The notes under the pieces: model-generated
The model's database searches: none
The model's input: the letters and a program-made list of their open reading frames with translations, nothing else
What the model was told of the DNA's origin: nothing
Assembly (NCBI GenBank): GCA_017997475.1
Contig: JAGOEX010000003.1
Coordinates: 1-40,715, forward strand
Reading direction: 5' to 3'
Source: a bacterium
GTDB lineage: Bacteria; UBP6; UBA1177
DNA length: 40,715 nucleotides
In this document: piece after piece, positions 36,149 to 40,715 of the stretch
Layout: every line of letters begins with the position of its first letter
Numbering within the stretch: the stretch's first letter is position 1
Program-made: the position numbers and the translations under genes

Positions 36149-39100
36149 TCAGGCCTTTTTTCCGAACAATTTATAAACAGATTTCTTGATGTCGTCTATT
36201 ACTGCATAGATAACGGGAATGACAAAGAGTGTGAGTATCGTGGCAAAAGATATGCCCCAGATTATGGTGATCGCCATTGGCTGCCACATTTTGTTTGATC
36301 CTGTCGCAAAGATCGCCATCGGGACAAGTCCGCCGACTGTTGTGACAGTTGTAAGAAGTATCGGCCTTAACCTTTTTGTTCCTGCTTCGACAAGTATATC
36401 CCTTCTTGTCCTTTCATCTTTGACACTGCTTAAGTTATTGATGAAATCGACCAGTATTATTGAATCATTGACAACAATTCCGGCTAATGCGACAAGAGAT
36501 ATCATCGCCATCATTGAAAGATCCAGGCCGGAAACCCACAAACCTATCGCAACTCCTATGAACGCAAGCGGCAGAGTTATCATTACAATAAACGGCTGGA
36601 AAACGCTATTGAACTGTATGCCGAGAATTATATAGATCAGTATGAACGCAACAAGAAAAGCCATTATTATGTCACGGTTTGCCTGCTGCTGTTCTTCAAA
36701 TTCACCAAGAAAACTCACAGACATTCCGGGGTGCTCTTTGTTTATGTCTCCGAACCTTTCCTGGAGCTTCTGATTGACTTCGACCGGAGTTGTTTTACTG
36801 TAATCTACATTTGCCCCGACCTTTATTTCTCTCATCCTGTTCCTTCTTCTGATACGGGCCATCGACTGAACTTCCTTGATTTCCGCCACATCTTTTACAC
36901 GGAACATTTTTCCGTCAGCCGATCTTACAGGAACACCTCTGATGTCATCAAGCGTATATGTTCCGCTTGAATCAAACCTTATCCATATTTTCAGTTCCTT
37001 TCCATCTGTGTTCAGATATCTTCCGGCATATTTTCCGGCAGTCACAGACCTTATCGTTTCAGCAAGGGAAGCAAGTGACACGCCTGTCTGTTCAAGCCGT
37101 GAAAAATCCGGTTCAACAACTATTTCGTTGATCTTGCTCATCACAGAGCCACCGAGATCGACAACTCCGGGGATCGATTTTGCAAACGCAATGATCTCAT
37201 CACCAACTTTTTCAAGCTTGTCAAGGTCTTTCCCTGCCACACTTATATCAACGGCTCTTCCGGTAGGAGGACCGCCTGTACTTTTTAAGAATTCGAATTC
37301 CACTATTTCAGGTATTGTGGTGACTCTTTTCCGGAGAGCTTCCTTGACCTTGTTCATCATTTTGTCATCATAATCTTTCAGATCCAGCCGGAATTCAGCC
37401 ACTTCCTCTTTTTCTATCCACCTTCTGTCCTCTATTACCCTTCCGACTATCGTAACAACTGATTCAACATCTTCAGGCATAAGCTCTTTTATAACATAAT
37501 TTTCAATAAGCCGGGATATTTCTCTGGTTTTCTCAATCGGGGTGTTTTCAGCAAGCTCCATTTTCGCTGTGACTGTCTTTGCATTTTCATCTCCGAAAAG
37601 GACGATCCTCAGACTGCTTGCAATAAATATCGAACCCGCAAAAACAATAAACAGCACTACCACGGCTATATACCTGAATCTCAGGATGAATCTTAAAATC
37701 TGTCCGTAACCGTTCAGAAATTTCTTGTACCATTTCTTTTCGGGCTTTTTCTGACTGTTGTATACATTTTTCATTTCATGTAGATGAACCGGAAGGACCA
37801 AAAGAGCTTCAAGAAGTGAAGAAGTAAGAGTGAGAGTGACAATTATAGGGAACTGTGTAATAAATTTTCCTATCATTCCGGTTATCATAAGAAGCGGTAA
37901 AAAAGCACAGATAGTAGTCGCAATTGCCGATATCACAGGCCACATTATTTCCTGAGTCCCTTTCATTACAGCATCAAACGGAGCAAAACCATCCTCAAGA
38001 TATCTATAGACATTTTCGATAACAACAATTGCATCATCCACAAGCATTCCGCTCACAAGTATCATTGCAAAAAGAGATAGCGAATTAATCGTATAACCTA
38101 AAAATTTCATCATGAAGAAAGTGGCAAGGAACGAGAAAGGGATTCCTATTACTGCAAGAAAACTTGCACGCCAACCCATAAAAATGAAAAGTAACAACGA
38201 AACAAGAACCATTCCAAGCATTGCATTATCTCTGAGCACCGACATCGTTTCGTCTATCGCTTCGCCCTGATCGTTCTTAAAACTGTACTCAAGATCTGCA
38301 TAGTTCTTTGCAAATTCAGGAACCACTTCTCTTACTCTTTCAGAAATAGCCACAATGTTCGATTCAGGTTTTCTCATGATGTAAAGAGAAACAGCTTTTC
38401 TGCCGTTAAGATAAGATTCTATATTACCTCTTATAAACTTTTTCTGAACTTCAGCAACATCTTTGAGATAAAGTTTCTGTCCATTTGCCCCTGTTTTCAC
38501 GAGAACCTGTTCAATCTTTTCCACATCATCAAATGTTCCTGTCGCTTTTACGAGATATCTTTTGCCCGAAATATCAAGCGTCCCTCCCGGTGTCCTGAAA
38601 TTGGAACGGGTAAGTGCGGCAAAAACATCGTCTATCGCCAGATTGAATCCCATAAGTTTTTCATTGCTGACAACTATCTGTATCTCTTCTTCAGACACAC
38701 CGGCGACTTCGACATTCTTTATTCCTGAAATCTTTGATGTAAGCTCTCTTTGAAGATTTTCAGCAACATCGCGGAAATCATTGTCCGAGATCGAATCGGA
38801 GCTGAGCATGACATTTATCACAGGGCTCGTATCACCTGTAGCGATCTTGAAAACATAAGGCCCTGCCATTTCATTCTTTGACGGAAGATCAGGTATTTTA
38901 TTTATCTCCGTCTGAATATCTATAACCCTTTTATCAATGTCTTTAACCGTTTCAAGAAAGTTTATGAAAACCGATGATTTTCCGTTCCGTGATCCACTGT
39001 TTATATAATCAATATCTTCAACATTGGCTACAGCATCTTCGATCGGAATGGTAATCAGCCGCTCTATTTCCTGAGGTGCGGCACCAGGATAAAGAGTGAT

Positions 39101-39241
39101 CACGGTAACAAATCCCAGATTAATCTCCGGCGTTTCCTCTACCGGTATTGTCTGAGTGGCAATAATTCCGAAAGTCATTACAGCTACGAATATGAAATGC
39201 GCAACTATAGGTTTTTTGAGAAAAAACTGAACGAAACTCAT
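36149..39241 (-). CDS. RND efflux transporter permease (AcrB/HAE1-like)
   Basis: 1030 aa with 12-TM architecture. Conserved GMLVDDAIVVIENV and AGIVVNDSIILVDF motifs. Confidence 0.9.
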   Translation of the reverse strand: MSFVQFFLKKPIVAHFIFVAVMTFGIIATQTIPVEETPEINLGFVTVITLYPGAAPQEIERLITIPIEDAVANVEDIDYINSGSRNGKSSVFINFLETVKDIDKRVIDIQTEINKIPDLPSKNEMAGPYVFKIATGDTSPVINVMLSSDSISDNDFRDVAENLQRELTSKISGIKNVEVAGVSEEEIQIVVSNEKLMGFNLAIDDVFAALTRSNFRTPGGTLDISGKRYLVKATGTFDDVEKIEQVLVKTGANGQKLYLKDVAEVQKKFIRGNIESYLNGRKAVSLYIMRKPESNIVAISERVREVVPEFAKNYADLEYSFKNDQGEAIDETMSVLRDNAMLGMVLVSLLLFIFMGWRASFLAVIGIPFSFLATFFMMKFLGYTINSLSLFAMILVSGMLVDDAIVVIENVYRYLEDGFAPFDAVMKGTQEIMWPVISAIATTICAFLPLLMITGMIGKFITQFPIIVTLTLTSSLLEALLVLPVHLHEMKNVYNSQKKPEKKWYKKFLNGYGQILRFILRFRYIAVVVLFIVFAGSIFIASSLRIVLFGDENAKTVTAKMELAENTPIEKTREISRLIENYVIKELMPEDVESVVTIVGRVIEDRRWIEKEEVAEFRLDLKDYDDKMMNKVKEALRKRVTTIPEIVEFEFLKSTGGPPTGRAVDISVAGKDLDKLEKVGDEIIAFAKSIPGVVDLGGSVMSKINEIVVEPDFSRLEQTGVSLASLAETIRSVTAGKYAGRYLNTDGKELKIWIRFDSSGTYTLDDIRGVPVRSADGKMFRVKDVAEIKEVQSMARIRRRNRMREIKVGANVDYSKTTPVEVNQKLQERFGDINKEHPGMSVSFLGEFEEQQQANRDIIMAFLVAFILIYIILGIQFNSVFQPFIVMITLPLAFIGVAIGLWVSGLDLSMMAMISLVALAGIVVNDSIILVDFINNLSSVKDERTRRDILVEAGTKRLRPILLTTVTTVGGLVPMAIFATGSNKMWQPMAITIIWGISFATILTLFVIPVIYAVIDDIKKSVYKLFGKKA

Positions 39242-40386
39242 TTTTCCTCCAGAACTTCCACTTCCCTTCCGTCAGAAAGCGCTTCCAGCCCTGAAATTAT
39301 CAGTTCAGAAGGTTCTGAATATCCGTCTGAGAATCTGACCACTCTCTCTTTTCCGATATCTGAAACTATCTCCACTTCCTTTTCAACAGCTTTCCCTTCC
39401 TTGATGATATAGACAATGTATCTGTTCCCGAGGAGACGCATGTTGTTGCGGCTTGTGAGAAATGCATTTTTATGCACCTTTGAATCAATGGCCACTTTCA
39501 ACTGCATTCCCGGAAACACGATATATTTGTCATTTTCGTCTTTCACGCTTTTAAACAGTATCTTCATTGAATAGAGCGATGTTTTCCTGTCAGGAGCATC
39601 GGCAACCCCCTTTACTGTTCCGGGTACAACCTTGTCGTTGGGAAGTATTATCCCGACATCTTTCTTTTTATACCGTTTGTAGATAAGAAGATCATCGGGG
39701 CTCATTCCTACAACGACCTGAAGATTTGCCGTATCGACGATCCTTGCGATAGCTGTGCCGATACTTACATACTGACCCTGCTGAACAGGCCTTTCGACGA
39801 CTATTCCGTCAAAAGGAGCTTTGATAAAGCAGTTGTTATAATTCACTGTGGCGTTCTGCAACGATGTTTTTGCCTGATTGAGCGACAGTTCAGAACTCTG
39901 ATAACCGTTTTCTGAAGCATCGAACTGTTCAGCAGTTATGGCTTTGTTCTCAAACAGTTTTCTATCCCGCTGGAAAACTTTTTCCTTAAGAGCAAAAGCA
40001 AGTTCGGCCTGTTTAAGATTAAGTTCCGCCTGATCGAGTGCGGTTCGCTGGAGATCATATTCTATTACTGCTACAGTCACCCCTTTTTTCACAAAAGAAC
40101 CGATGTCATAATTCATTTCGATGATCTCGCCAGTCGTTTTTGATGTCACTGTTACATCACGCTCAGCTTCTATCACCGCATTGAAAAATATTTTTCCTGT
40201 GATATCTCCCGGAGCGATCTTCTGGATACGGACTTTTCTTGGAGCTCTTTTCTGAACACCTGACTTATTTTCAGGAACAGCGGCACCATCCTGCTTTTCA
40301 GTGACAGTGCCCTCAGAATCTTTTGAACACCCTGAAGTCGCAAGAAGAAAAACAAATACCGATATAAAAAGTAAGAGATGTTTCAT
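39238..40386 (-). CDS. RND efflux periplasmic adaptor (membrane fusion protein) lipoprotein
   Basis: Lipobox LLATSGC. Coiled-coil hairpin (LDQAELNLKQAELAFALKEK...). Lipoyl/beta-barrel segments (APFDGIVVERPVQQGQYV). ATGA overlap with the permease. Confidence 0.85.
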   Translation of the reverse strand: MKHLLLFISVFVFLLATSGCSKDSEGTVTEKQDGAAVPENKSGVQKRAPRKVRIQKIAPGDITGKIFFNAVIEAERDVTVTSKTTGEIIEMNYDIGSFVKKGVTVAVIEYDLQRTALDQAELNLKQAELAFALKEKVFQRDRKLFENKAITAEQFDASENGYQSSELSLNQAKTSLQNATVNYNNCFIKAPFDGIVVERPVQQGQYVSIGTAIARIVDTANLQVVVGMSPDDLLIYKRYKKKDVGIILPNDKVVPGTVKGVADAPDRKTSLYSMKILFKSVKDENDKYIVFPGMQLKVAIDSKVHKNAFLTSRNNMRLLGNRYIVYIIKEGKAVEKEVEIVSDIGKERVVRFSDGYSEPSELIISGLEALSDGREVEVLEEK

Positions 40387-40715
40387 TCCTCTTTTCCCCC
40401 CGTTAGAATTCTCAGCTGATAAAAACTGTTAAAAATTGAATTTTCAACAAGAACAAGATTTTTCAATGCCTCCAAATAGCTGTTCTCGGCATTGAGAAGG
40501 TCCAGATAGAGTGATTTCCCGTTCTCGAACTCTATTTTGCTCTTTTCAAGTGCTTTTTGAGATATTTCAACTGAAGACAGAGCAACTTTCTTCTGCTCAA
40601 GAAGTGAGAATATCGAAGCAAGTACTGCTTTCAACGAATACATCTGCGAATTTTTCGTTTCAAGATATGCCAGCTGCGATGCCACCTTGTCTTTAAGCGA
40701 CTTTCTCCATTCGAT
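40383..40715 (-). CDS. TolC-like outer membrane efflux factor (C-terminal 110 aa only; gene continues beyond right edge)
   Basis: The frame is open from the window edge (IEWRKSLKDKVAS...). The ORF-track start at 40685 is only an internal GTG. The C-terminal pattern KIEFENGKSLYLDLLNAENSYLEALKNLV...QLRILTGG is typical of OMF proteins. Overlaps the adaptor gene by 4 nt. Confidence 0.65.
   Translation of the reverse strand: MEWRKSLKDKVASQLAYLETKNSQMYSLKAVLASIFSLLEQKKVALSSVEISQKALEKSKIEFENGKSLYLDLLNAENSYLEALKNLVLVENSIFNSFYQLRILTGGKEE

Noticed and set aside
36149-40715. RND efflux system as the missing exporter of the aryl-polyene-like module
   Set aside because: It is a standard HAE1-type AcrAB-TolC-like tripartite operon. 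It is separated from the lipid genes by more than 16 kb and by several unrelated transcription units. APE clusters use MMPL-type exporters encoded inside the cluster.

Overview
AT-rich (roughly 40% GC by eye, not computed) chromosomal segment of a diderm bacterium. It uses strong Shine-Dalgarno sites and loose 'xSC' lipoboxes. The lineage cannot be assigned from this sequence alone. I call 32 protein genes, 30 of them on the minus strand, plus one minus-strand tRNA-Asn. No CRISPR array, integrase, transposase or rRNA was seen. Left part (1-13.2 kb): a TonB-dependent receptor that runs off the left edge and is absent from the ORF track, a lipoprotein, ThiD, a membrane-embedded spermidine-synthase-like protein, RNase G and a class-II cyclic-nucleotide-phosphodiesterase-like MBL protein. 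It also holds the only plus-strand genes, a HEAT-repeat lipoprotein and a B12-binding radical SAM enzyme, followed by tRNA-Asn and a small zinc-ribbon protein. Centre (30846 down to 13246): 17 minus-strand genes packed head to tail, with a largest gap of 31 nt and most junctions being ATGA or 1-nt overlaps. In order these are: a Pro/Ala-repeat lipoprotein, an OmpA protein with 10 thrombospondin-type-3 repeats, a PilZ protein, a 66-aa microprotein and a degenerate GlmL/MutL-like soluble protein. Then come four unrecognisable polytopic membrane proteins, a 977-aa S41/PDZ protease and a stripped-down aryl-polyene-type lipid module (KS, CLF-like, deacetylase, LolA-like, lipoprotein, FabZ-like dehydratase). 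A 614-aa lipoprotein with 82 cysteines and EGF-like modules ends the array. Right part: a zinc-ribbon/P-loop/TPR STAND-like protein, ApbE, a hybrid histidine kinase and an RND efflux system whose outer-membrane factor runs off the right edge. The best candidate for a new system is the PilZ-headed block of uncharacterised genes (22534-28437) and its tight coupling to the protease, lipid and surface-protein genes. A second candidate is an orphan promoter, hairpin, C-rich tract and intrinsic terminator on the plus strand (12782-12883), which looks like a small RNA carrying an anti-Shine-Dalgarno motif.
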